A DNA stretch of 64,000 nucleotides. Source: Anaerolineaceae bacterium. Its GTDB lineage: Bacteria; Chloroflexota; Anaerolineae; Anaerolineales; Anaerolineaceae. The stretch covers positions 8,661 through 72,660 of the forward strand of contig JBEKEX010000002.1 of assembly GCA_050013615.1 (NCBI GenBank), given 5' to 3'. This document shows, in pieces, positions 38,161 to 47,306 of this stretch. Each line of letters begins with the position of its first letter. Within the stretch, counting starts at the first letter, position 1. The position numbers were made by a program, and so were the translations under genes. The notes beneath the pieces were generated by a model. It made no database searches and was not told the origin of the DNA. It saw nothing but the letters and a program-made list of their open reading frames with translations.

Positions 38161-38886
38161 CTAATCATTTCCTAGTGCCAAGGCTTCCTTCGTAATAGTG
38201 ACGCCCGCACTGGTGCCAAAGCGGGTAGCCCCCGCCTCCCAAAGTTTTAATAAATCCTGATAGGTGCGAATGCCGCCGGCGGCTTTGACGCCCATGTCAG
38301 GCCCAACCACACGCCGCATCAGCCGGACATCATCAACCGTCGCACCGCCGGTCGATAACCCGGTTGATGTCTTCACAAAATCGAGCTGCTCTTCCTTGGC
38401 AATCTTACAGGCAGTTTCTTTCTCGACATTCGTGAGGAGGCAATTTTCTAATATGACCTTTACGACGACGTTGCGATCATGGCAAGCTTTGGTGATCTCA
38501 CGCATGTCGGCAGTCACAGTAGAGAAATCGCCACATTTTAGCGCATTGACATTCATGACAAAATCGACCTCACCGGCGCCATTCTTGATCGAATCGATGG
38601 CTTCAAAAACTTTTGTGGCTGTGGTATTAGCGCCCAGAGGGAAACCGACTGAAGCACTAATCTTGCTCGACGTGTCTTTCAATAATTCTCGGCAAAATGG
38701 AACCCAATAAGGGTTGATTGCCAATACACAAAAATGATAACTTTTTACTTCTTCACAGACCCGCATCATCTGTTCTTTTGTAGCCGTGGTCTTAAGAAAT
38801 GTCTGGTCAATCATCCCTGCGATTTCAGAAGCAGGCAATTTCCCAGAAATGCGGGATTCTTTCGCAGTCTTATCCTTATCATTCAT
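38161..38886 (-). CDS. deoC: Deoxyribose-phosphate aldolase family (DeoC-like class I aldolase)
   Basis: It contains the LDFVKTSTG Schiff-base lysine motif and GVKAAGGIRT. Confidence 0.8.
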   Translation of the reverse strand: MNDKDKTAKESRISGKLPASEIAGMIDQTFLKTTATKEQMMRVCEEVKSYHFCVLAINPYWVPFCRELLKDTSSKISASVGFPLGANTTATKVFEAIDSIKNGAGEVDFVMNVNALKCGDFSTVTADMREITKACHDRNVVVKVILENCLLTNVEKETACKIAKEEQLDFVKTSTGLSTGGATVDDVRLMRRVVGPDMGVKAAGGIRTYQDLLKLWEAGATRFGTSAGVTITKEALALGND

Positions 38887-39006
38887 TTTGTAATTCCTTC
38901 ATAAACAGAAATAGCCAGGGCCAAATTCCCTTTCCGTGACCGCCAGACAAGAAGTTCACTTAAAATAACCTATTGGATTTTCCAGTACAGTCAGCACTTC
39001 TACAAA

Positions 39007-39660
39007 CTACTCCTCATATTCCTTATGCTCTTTCGTTTCACTGACTAAAGGTACCGTCTCACCTAGAGTCTTACCCATCAATAGACAATAAGCATTTGTA
39101 TCAATACGCTCGGTGACATCAAATGCATCATACAAGTTCTGCGCCAACACAAACAGACCATGACGGGGCGCCATACATGCTGCTGCCTTGACAGTCTTCA
39201 CTCCACCTATTTCACGGATCTTATCAGCGACAAACCGGGCCAGATCATCTGTGCCACTGCTGGCATCTTTGCATTGTTCGATAACTCCAAATGGCGATGT
39301 GGCATATAAAACTGGCGGGATGGGTTTCTCAGCCGCGCAAAAGACCAACACATTGCGCGCATGCGAATGCACCACAGCTGTTCCCTCCGGATAAAACTCA
39401 TTCAGGAGCGCTAGATGAACTTTTACTTCGCGCGAGACTTCTCCCTCGCCTTCCAATTTGTTCCCCTTTAGATCTAAAATCAAAACCTGTTGGGGGCGTA
39501 GTTTCCAATGCCAGACCGAACCGGCTTTCTTAGGGGTCATGACGATCTTATCGTCTACTCGCACACTGATATTTCCGCCGGAAGCATCGGTTAGATGCCG
39601 ATCATAAATCTCTGCTCCGTAACTTGCAATCATTTCACGAAATCCCTGGATTTGATCCAT
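39007..39660 (-). CDS. Class II aldolase/epimerase (FucA/AraD-like)
   Basis: It contains DASGGNISVR and VVHSHARNV, and is 217 aa. Confidence 0.7.
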   Translation of the reverse strand: MDQIQGFREMIASYGAEIYDRHLTDASGGNISVRVDDKIVMTPKKAGSVWHWKLRPQQVLILDLKGNKLEGEGEVSREVKVHLALLNEFYPEGTAVVHSHARNVLVFCAAEKPIPPVLYATSPFGVIEQCKDASSGTDDLARFVADKIREIGGVKTVKAAACMAPRHGLFVLAQNLYDAFDVTERIDTNAYCLLMGKTLGETVPLVSETKEHKEYEE

Positions 39661-39699
39661 GGCTCATCTACCTCCTTAAAGTTAATAATACATTCACGA

Positions 39700-40641
39700 T
39701 CATGGCAATGGAAGCTGTATTACTTCCACATTTGGTAACAACGATTCCACCAGGCCCAGATTAATGAAACCGGCGCCGGTTACCTGCGTGTTTGCCGTCC
39801 CACAAGCCACTCCCCAGCGCGCGAGCTCACTCAGTGACTTATTTTCCAATAATGATTTGGCTATGCCGGCCAGCAGCGAATCGCCACAGCCAACAACATT
39901 GACAACTTTCGCCATTTGCAGCCGGGCTTTCCAAATTTCTTTCCCATCCGTGACAATGAGACCCTCCGGCCCGCGGCTCACTGCCACCAGTGGGATGCCT
40001 TTTTTGTGAAGCTGCAAAAGCGCTGCCACCTGTTCTGCTTCGGTCCCCAGCTTCCGGTCGATGAGGCCGGATAACTCTTCAGTGTTAACCTTTAACATAA
40101 AGGGGCAGGCTTCCAATGCTTTTTCGAGCGCAACTCCCGAGCTATCTACCAAACAACGGACGTCTTTTCCTTTGGCAAGCTTGATCATTCTAGGATAAAC
40201 CCGGGATAATTCTTCAGACTGACCCGATCCACACAACAAACAGATGGAGGTTTTTTCCAAAAGCCCTATGAATTTGTCTATCAATGCATCGATTTCCTGC
40301 TGTTCGACCTGCTGGCCTGGTTCATAAACAGCAAATGTGCGGCCAGTGTCACGTTCCTGGATGAGCGTTGAAGTACGAATGCTGGATTTGCAAACGACAA
40401 AATCCGTCTCAATCCCTTCCGCCTTTAAAGACTGCTCGATCAAAGTCCCTGTATAACCGCCCTGGAACCCAGTGGCAATGACTGGCGCTCCCATCCGTGT
40501 TAATGCTCTGGCGACATTGTTGCCTTTTCCACCGGCATAGATGGAGACAATTTCCACACGGCTGATCCCATCCGGCACCAATTTGGAAGTGCGAACGAAT
40601 TTATCAACTGCAGGATGCAATGTTACAGTCAGGATTGACAT
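39700..40641 (-). CDS. PfkB-family sugar-phosphate kinase (1-phosphofructokinase/tagatose-6-phosphate kinase type)
   Basis: It has MSILTVTLHPAVDK, GGKGNNVA and the C-terminal VNVVGCGDSLLAG. Confidence 0.8.
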   Translation of the reverse strand: MSILTVTLHPAVDKFVRTSKLVPDGISRVEIVSIYAGGKGNNVARALTRMGAPVIATGFQGGYTGTLIEQSLKAEGIETDFVVCKSSIRTSTLIQERDTGRTFAVYEPGQQVEQQEIDALIDKFIGLLEKTSICLLCGSGQSEELSRVYPRMIKLAKGKDVRCLVDSSGVALEKALEACPFMLKVNTEELSGLIDRKLGTEAEQVAALLQLHKKGIPLVAVSRGPEGLIVTDGKEIWKARLQMAKVVNVVGCGDSLLAGIAKSLLENKSLSELARWGVACGTANTQVTGAGFINLGLVESLLPNVEVIQLPLP

Positions 40642-41057
40642 TTTTCACTCTTAATTGCGCTACCTGTTTGAAACAGCCACCAAACAGTATTTCTTTTCAA
40701 ACGATCACAATTACGCGCCTATAGAATAAATTTTTGCCCAGATTATTTAATAACTTTTACAAATTTATCCATATTTTTACGTTTTTTAACTTTCTACTTG
40801 TCTACTAATAACTATCTATTTTATCTCTCAAAGTCGCCTTTTCTCAAGGCTATTTCCTCTTCATGCTACAAAATTGTTCACAGCGAATTAATCACAGACA
40901 ATCACTTCTCCCAATCAGCTCTTTTCCTGAGACACTTAATGCAAAATAAAGGCGTTATCAATAAATGTAACTTCGGAATATACCTTAAATCACTCCCGAA
41001 ATCCATCATGTCCTTTATAATTCCTTATGCAATAAACTATAATGAATGTGAGAAAAT

Positions 41058-41915
41058 ATGGCTCATTCTATTGCCTTGGTGACAGACAGCACGTGCGATA
41101 TCCCCTCTGAATGGATCGAGAAATACAAGATCATTGTCGTCCCCCTGACAATTGTCTTTGGGAACCAGCAATACCTGGATGGGGTCGAACTATCCGCCGA
41201 ACAATTCTACGAGCGTCTGCAAAAAGAAGCACAGCACCCCACCACTTCACAACCCACGCCCAAGGCTTTCTTAGACGCTTTTGGCAGGGCGGCCGCCAGC
41301 GGTGCAGATGAAATTTTGGTGATCGTCATTAGCAGTGCCATGAGCGGTACCATCGAATCGGCCCGCCAGGCCGCGAAGGAATCCGCTATCCCGGTACACA
41401 TCGTGGATAGCAAGAGCAATTCAATGGGCCTGGGATGGCAGGTCATCGCCGCTGCCCGCGCACAGGAAGATGGTGGAGGATTGGATGCCATGCTGGCGGC
41501 TGCCGAGCAAGCGCGTAAAACGATGGCTTACTACATCTCGCTGGATACCATCGAATATCTAAGCAGAGGCGGCCGCATCAGCGAGGCCGCGAAATTTCTG
41601 GATTCCATCTTGCACATCAAACCTTTGATCTACGTCAATCACGAGAGCGGCACAGTAGGAGCCTCTATTCCTTCCCGGTCACGTAAAACCGCAATCGAAG
41701 AACTGTTTAAAGAGTTCTTCTCGCACATCAATGCCGACCGCCCCTTACATCTGACCGTGTTGCATAACAATGCGCTTCAAGAGGCCGAGGCACTTGCCGA
41801 GCGCATCCGGAGCGAGTTTTCTCCCAAAGAATTGTTTATAACGATTGTCTCACCCGTGTTAGGCGTGCACACCGGTCCCCTGGCAATCGCTTTATGTGGC
41901 TACACCGAAAGCTAA
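41058..41915 (+). CDS. DegV family fatty-acid-binding protein
   Basis: It has the IALVTDSTCDIP N-terminus and is 285 aa. Confidence 0.8.
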   Translation: MAHSIALVTDSTCDIPSEWIEKYKIIVVPLTIVFGNQQYLDGVELSAEQFYERLQKEAQHPTTSQPTPKAFLDAFGRAAASGADEILVIVISSAMSGTIESARQAAKESAIPVHIVDSKSNSMGLGWQVIAAARAQEDGGGLDAMLAAAEQARKTMAYYISLDTIEYLSRGGRISEAAKFLDSILHIKPLIYVNHESGTVGASIPSRSRKTAIEELFKEFFSHINADRPLHLTVLHNNALQEAEALAERIRSEFSPKELFITIVSPVLGVHTGPLAIALCGYTES

Positions 41916-41935
41916 GGTCGGCAACTTCTATACAA

Positions 41936-41968
41936 GAGCGTTCTCCTAAAATAGAGAACGTTCTTTTC
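41936..41968 (+). terminator. Intrinsic terminator after degV
   Basis: The stem agcgttctc / gagaacgtt has one mismatch and is followed by cttttc. Confidence 0.5.
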
Positions 41969-42109
41969 GATTTCGCCTAAGGTATGACTCTGACCACTTA
42001 CACCCAGGGCAGGATGTTGGTTTTAACAGCATTCACTTTCAACTTTATGTAACACATTGCGAGAGCCCCTTGACAAAGTGTAGAGTTTGATTGATAATCT
42101 ATTCAAATG

Positions 42110-42125
42110 ATATTGAATTCAATAT
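42110..42125. promoter_or_regulatory. Perfect 16-bp palindrome, a candidate MarR operator
   Basis: ATATTGAATTCAATAT lies just downstream of a TTGACA..N17..GATAAT-like promoter at about 42071-42099. A second cTTGACAaag promoter-like element lies at about 42252. Confidence 0.45.
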
Positions 42126-42316
42126 AGTTGAAACAGATGATATTTAGAAAGGGATTTTAAAAATGCTTGAAAGATCACCAAAAAGCTTCCGGTGAGCACT
42201 CTTTTGACGAAGATTTCTGACAACGCTTCGTACAACCTGTCCATAAAACACCTTGACAAAGCAAACAAATACGGATATATTCAAGGCCGCTTAACTAATT
42301 AGGAGTGTTGATTATA

Positions 42317-42757
42317 ATGTCTTCTAAACAATTATCAGATGCGGTCCGTGAATGGTCAGAAGTTTTCATGCGTCGTTCAGGGCACGATTTCAAGCGTTTT
42401 ATGGACGACACAGGGCTGTCTTTCACTCAAATCAATATCTTGATGCGCTTGCTTCATGGAGAGATATGCAGTATCTCTGATATTGGCGGGCAATTGGGTG
42501 TAACCAATGCTGCGGCCAGCCAAACCGTGGATCAAATGGTGCAAATGGGTCTGATCAAACGCACTGAGGATCCCAACGATCGGCGCGCCAAACAACTGAC
42601 ACTGACCCCCAAGGGCCGCACTTTACTTGAGAAAGGCATCAAGGCACGCGGTGAATGGATCGAGTCAGTAACAGACGCTTTGAGTCTAGAACAACAAAAT
42701 ATGATCATCTTAGCGATTACCCTTCTCACCGAAGCCGCAAATAAAATCACGGATTAA
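42317..42757 (+). CDS. MarR family transcriptional regulator
   Basis: It has the winged HTH LSFTQINILMRLL...ISDIGGQLGVTNAAASQTVDQMVQMGLIKRTEDPNDRRAKQLTLTPKG. The ATG at 42317 follows taggag. Confidence 0.8.
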   Translation: MSSKQLSDAVREWSEVFMRRSGHDFKRFMDDTGLSFTQINILMRLLHGEICSISDIGGQLGVTNAAASQTVDQMVQMGLIKRTEDPNDRRAKQLTLTPKGRTLLEKGIKARGEWIESVTDALSLEQQNMIILAITLLTEAANKITD

Positions 42758-42844
42758 CTCCCGAAATCAATACCATGTTCAAAAATTTGATCACTGCTCC
42801 AAGATGGAGCGCTAGTTTATTTTTTTAGAGGAGCCTTTACTATT

Positions 42845-45085
42845 ATGTTGCGTTTACTCAAATACTTAAAGCCCTACCTGCTTTTGATCTTGCTCGCGAT
42901 TGCGCTGTTGTTCGTACAAGCAAACGCCGACCTTGCACTACCGGATTACATGTCACAAATCGTCAATACCGGAATCCAGCAGGGAGGTATAGAAAACGCT
43001 GTGCCCGTCGCCATCCGTCAGAACGAGATGAATAAGCTCGCCATCTTTATGAGCTCGGATGATAAGACGATGGTGCTGAATGACTATACCCTGATAACCA
43101 ATGGTTCGACGGATTATAACAAGTACGTCACAATATACCCTGACCTCGCCAACGAACCCATCTATGTTTTGAATAGTGTCAGTTCGACGGAAAGCGATAA
43201 GCTAAACCCAGTAATGGGCAAAGCGCTATTGGCGGTTACGGCTATTAATCAGATGCTGACGAACCCGACACAGGCCGCAGCAATGGCCCAAGGTTTGGGC
43301 GTCAACCTATCCCAAATTCCACCCGGCACCGATGTTTTTAGCCTGCTGGCCAAGCTTCCGCCGACCATCCTATCAAAGATCACTTCCAGCATCGATCAGA
43401 AATTCAGCACCTTGAGCGATAGCATGGTCACGCAATCAGCAGTCGCTCCAATTAAGGCAGAATATCAAGCCCTTGGAATGGATACCGGAACGCTCCAAAC
43501 GAATTACATTATCCGCATAGGCTTCCTGATGCTGCTGGTGACGCTGCTTTCTGTGACCTGTACGGTTATCGTCGGCTTTCTGGGAGCAAGGACGGGGTCC
43601 GGCATGGCGCGCGATCTCCGCAGAAATGTTTTCAAAAAAGTGGAGAGCTTCTCCAGTACTGAGTTCGATAGATTCTCTACGGCTTCGCTGATCACGAGAT
43701 CAACCAACGACGTCACTCAGATCCAAATGGTGGTCATCATGATGCTGCGCATGGTCATCTACGCCCCCATCATCGGGGTCGGCGGCGTGATACGTGCATT
43801 GGCAAAAAGTACATCAATGTGGTGGATCATCGCACTGGCAGTTATCGTACTCCTGGGCTTGATCCTCACTGTCTTCTCGATTTCTCTGCCCAAATTCAAG
43901 AGTATGCAGGGCTTGATCGACCGGCTCAACCTGGTAACCCGCGAAAATCTGTCCGGCATGATGGTCATCCGGGCGTTCAATATGCAACCTTTTGAGGAAA
44001 AACGCTTCGACAAAGCCAACAAGGACCTTACCAACACCACCTTATTCGTCAATCGTATCATGGTGATTATGATGCCGATGATGATGCTCATCATGAATGG
44101 CTTGAGCTTATTGATCATCTGGGTGGGCGCGCACCAGGTTGCTCAATCGAATATGCAGGTTGGCGATATGTTGGCTTTTATGCAATATGCCATGCAGATC
44201 GTTTTTGCTTTCCTGATGATGTCGATTATGTTCATCCTGCTGCCAAGAGCCTCGGTATCCGCCGACCGCATCGCCGACGTTTTGGATACCGAACCGGTCA
44301 TCAAGGACTCTGCAAGCCCAAGGCAATTCTCCGAACCGTTCAAAGGTGTGATCGAGTTCCGCGATGTGAACTTCCGCTACCCAGCGGCTGAAGCAGATGT
44401 GCTTCACAATATCAGCTTTACTGCTATGCCGGGGCAAACGACGGCCTTCCTTGGTACCACCGGTTCAGGCAAATCCACCATCGTCAGCCTGATCCCACGT
44501 TTTTATGAAGTGACCGGCGGTGCCATCTATATAGACGGCGTCGATATCCGTGAGGTCACGCAACATGACTTGCGGGAAAAGATCGGCTTCGTTCCGCAAA
44601 AGAGCAGCTTATTCTCCGGCACGATCGAAAGCAACCTGCTTTATGCCGATGAGAATGCCAGCCAGGAGACTTTGGAACTAGCCACAGAAATTGCCCAGGC
44701 AACCGAGTTCATTTCCGAAAAACCTGAGGGAATGCAGGATGAAATTGCACAAGGTGGAATGAACGTATCCGGCGGGCAGAAACAGCGTCTGGCAATTGCC
44801 CGTGCGCTGGTCAAGAAAGCGCCCATCTATGTCTTCGACGACAGTTTTTCGGCGCTTGATTTCAAAACCGATGCAGCTTTACGCAGGGCGCTCAAAGAAC
44901 ACACAGGTTCCAGCACGGTGCTCATCGTGACCCAGCGTATTTCAACCGTCAAAAATGCCGAACAGATCATTGTGCTCGACGAAGGTAACATCGTAGGTAA
45001 AGGAACCCATCAATATCTTATGCAAAATTGCAGCGTTTATAAAGAAATTGCCTTATCGCAGCTTAACGAGGAGGAATTGGCATGA
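42845..45085 (+). CDS. ABC exporter half-transporter (TMD-NBD), subunit 1, with a large extracytoplasmic insert
   Basis: It has Walker A GTTGSGKST, the signature VSGGQKQRLAIARA and Walker B IYVFDDSFSALD. About 170 aa lie between TM1 and TM2. Confidence 0.85.
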   Translation: MLRLLKYLKPYLLLILLAIALLFVQANADLALPDYMSQIVNTGIQQGGIENAVPVAIRQNEMNKLAIFMSSDDKTMVLNDYTLITNGSTDYNKYVTIYPDLANEPIYVLNSVSSTESDKLNPVMGKALLAVTAINQMLTNPTQAAAMAQGLGVNLSQIPPGTDVFSLLAKLPPTILSKITSSIDQKFSTLSDSMVTQSAVAPIKAEYQALGMDTGTLQTNYIIRIGFLMLLVTLLSVTCTVIVGFLGARTGSGMARDLRRNVFKKVESFSSTEFDRFSTASLITRSTNDVTQIQMVVIMMLRMVIYAPIIGVGGVIRALAKSTSMWWIIALAVIVLLGLILTVFSISLPKFKSMQGLIDRLNLVTRENLSGMMVIRAFNMQPFEEKRFDKANKDLTNTTLFVNRIMVIMMPMMMLIMNGLSLLIIWVGAHQVAQSNMQVGDMLAFMQYAMQIVFAFLMMSIMFILLPRASVSADRIADVLDTEPVIKDSASPRQFSEPFKGVIEFRDVNFRYPAAEADVLHNISFTAMPGQTTAFLGTTGSGKSTIVSLIPRFYEVTGGAIYIDGVDIREVTQHDLREKIGFVPQKSSLFSGTIESNLLYADENASQETLELATEIAQATEFISEKPEGMQDEIAQGGMNVSGGQKQRLAIARALVKKAPIYVFDDSFSALDFKTDAALRRALKEHTGSSTVLIVTQRISTVKNAEQIIVLDEGNIVGKGTHQYLMQNCSVYKEIALSQLNEEELA

Positions 45086-46959
45086 GCACGCAAACCGGTA
45101 ATACCCCCCCCGCTCCTCGACAAATGCGCGGAATGATGCCCATGGGAGGCGGCGGTGGCCCCAGGGCGATGATGAAAGGTGAAAAGCCTCGTGATTTTAA
45201 AGGGACCATGATCAAGCTGATCAAATACCTTGGTTCATACAAGGTAGCCATCGTGGCTGTGATGCTCATTGCCATGGCATCTACGGTCTTTTCCATCCTT
45301 GGCCCCAAAATTTTAGGCAATGCCACGACCAAGCTATTCGAGGGTGTGCTAGCCCAGATCGCCGGCACCGGTTCGATCGACTTTGGATATATCGGTAACA
45401 TCATTCTTGAAGTGTTGGGGCTGTATCTTTTATCAGCCATTCTCAGCTACATCCAGGGTTGGGTGATGACCAACGTTGCCATCAACATCACCTACCGCTT
45501 CCGCAGGGATATTGCAGCCAAGATCAATCGCATACCGCTCAGGTACTTCGACGGTACAAATCATGGCGAGGTGCTCTCACGGGTCACCAACGATGTGGAT
45601 ACGATCAGCCAGTCGCTTAACCAGAGCTTGACACAAATCATCACTTCCGTAACAACCGTGATCGGCGTATTGGTGATGATGTTAACGATCAGTTGGCAGA
45701 TGACACTGGTGGCTTTGATTATGGTGCCGGTTTCGTTCGTCATCATTACCGTGATCATCAACCTGTCACAGGTTTATTTCAAACGCCAGCAGGATTATCT
45801 CGGCCACGTCAGCGGTCATGTGGAAGAAATGTACGGCGGCCATGTGGTGATGAAAGCCTTCAACGGCGAGGAAAAAAGCGTCGAGCAATTTGACCAGATC
45901 AACAACACGCTTTTCGACTCTGCCTGGAAATCTCAATTCCTGTCCGGGATGATGTTCCCCATCATAAACTTTGTTGGGAACCTGGGTTATGTGGCCATCT
46001 GTATCCTGGGTGGCTACCTGGCCATCAAAAACGCCATCACCATCGGCGATATTCAGGCGTTTATCCAGTACGTGCGCTCATTCACGCAGCCAATTACACA
46101 GATTGCAAACATCTCGAACATCTTCCAGCAAACTGCAGCAGCCGCCGAGCGCGTGTTCCAGTTCCTGGCCGAGCCTGAGGAACTGCCCGAAACCACCAAT
46201 CCCATCAAGTTAAGTTCTGTGCAGGGCCGCGTGGACTTCAAAGACGTCCACTTCGGCTACAACCCAGACAAGATCATCATCAACGACTTCTCCTTCTATG
46301 CAGAACCAGGGCAGAAGATCGCTATTGTCGGTCCGACCGGCGCCGGTAAGACCACCATGGTCAAACTGTTGATGCGTTTCTACGACGTTACCAGCGGTTC
46401 TATCATGATCGATGGCCACGACATCAAAGATTTCACCCGGGAAGATCTGCGCTGCATGTTCGGCATGGTCTTGCAAGATACCTGGCTTTACAACGGCACC
46501 ATCATGGAGAATATCCGCTATGGCCGTCCCGATGCGACCGACGACGAAGTTATTGCCGCTGCCAAGGCAGCCCACATCGACCATTTTGTCCGTACGCTGC
46601 CGGATGGTTATAACATGGTGATCAATGAGGAATCAACCAACCTGTCACAGGGCCAAATGCAGCTCTTGACGATCGCCCGCGCCATCCTGGCCGACCCCAG
46701 CATCCTCATTCTGGACGAGGCCACCAGTTCGGTCGATACTCATACCGAGGTGCTGATCCAAAAAGCAACCGACGAACTTATGAAGAACCGCACCAGCTTT
46801 ATCATTGCCCATCGCCTCTCCACCATTCGCGATGCGGACTGGATCCTGGTGATGAACAACGGCGACATCGTTGAGCAGGGCAAGCATGCAAAGCTGTTGG
46901 CTAAGAACGGTTTCTACGCCGAGCTCTACAACAGCCAGTTCGAAGGGAAAGAAATTTAG
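45082..46959 (+). CDS. ABC exporter half-transporter (TMD-NBD), subunit 2
   Basis: It has Walker A GPTGAGKTT, the signature LSQGQMQLLTIARA and Walker B ILILDEATSSVD. It overlaps subunit 1 by 4 nt (ATGA). Confidence 0.85.
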   Translation: MSTQTGNTPPAPRQMRGMMPMGGGGGPRAMMKGEKPRDFKGTMIKLIKYLGSYKVAIVAVMLIAMASTVFSILGPKILGNATTKLFEGVLAQIAGTGSIDFGYIGNIILEVLGLYLLSAILSYIQGWVMTNVAINITYRFRRDIAAKINRIPLRYFDGTNHGEVLSRVTNDVDTISQSLNQSLTQIITSVTTVIGVLVMMLTISWQMTLVALIMVPVSFVIITVIINLSQVYFKRQQDYLGHVSGHVEEMYGGHVVMKAFNGEEKSVEQFDQINNTLFDSAWKSQFLSGMMFPIINFVGNLGYVAICILGGYLAIKNAITIGDIQAFIQYVRSFTQPITQIANISNIFQQTAAAAERVFQFLAEPEELPETTNPIKLSSVQGRVDFKDVHFGYNPDKIIINDFSFYAEPGQKIAIVGPTGAGKTTMVKLLMRFYDVTSGSIMIDGHDIKDFTREDLRCMFGMVLQDTWLYNGTIMENIRYGRPDATDDEVIAAAKAAHIDHFVRTLPDGYNMVINEESTNLSQGQMQLLTIARAILADPSILILDEATSSVDTHTEVLIQKATDELMKNRTSFIIAHRLSTIRDADWILVMNNGDIVEQGKHAKLLAKNGFYAELYNSQFEGKEI

Positions 46960-46996
46960 CCCGAGAAGCATCTCCCTTACGAATCACTAATCTAGT

Positions 46997-47040
46997 AGCT
47001 CCTTCCGTTTCCAAGATGGAAACGGAAGGAGCTTTTTGTT
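46997..47040 (+). terminator. Intrinsic terminator after the ABC exporter operon
   Basis: A 16-bp stem (agctccttccgtttcc / ggaaacggaaggagct) is followed by tttttgtt. Confidence 0.8.
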
Positions 47041-47306
47041 CACGCTAATGATGGAAAACCAGGCATAGATAATCCCTTGCCGGTCGGGGATAACATCCAG
47101 AGGGCAAGACTATTGACAAGGTTGCTAAACTGTTCTAAAGTAATATTTCAGAGGGTTAATATTCAGCTATGGACAGCAATCGATCACGACGGTTTTGGGA
47201 TGGAAACATTTAGGATGATCGAGATTCTCTTCCAGAATACCGCTGCTCTCAATTCTGTTTTCACCAGCAGCGCTTAGCCGATTTCAAGTATGCCAGGACG
47301 CCGTTG

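Noticed and set aside
10600-41057. Whether the AT-richer 30-kb region is a mobile element, integrative island or prophage
   Set aside because: I recognised no integrase, transposase, recombinase, tRNA attachment site or phage genes. The only boundary repeat is the gene-fragment duplication at 10508/27999, which points to homologous or illegitimate recombination rather than a self-mobile element.
40798-41082. 94-aa ORF in the AT-rich spacer upstream of degV
   Set aside because: It is a low-complexity, AT-rich translation with no RBS, and it overlaps the degV start. It is most likely non-coding promoter or boundary DNA.
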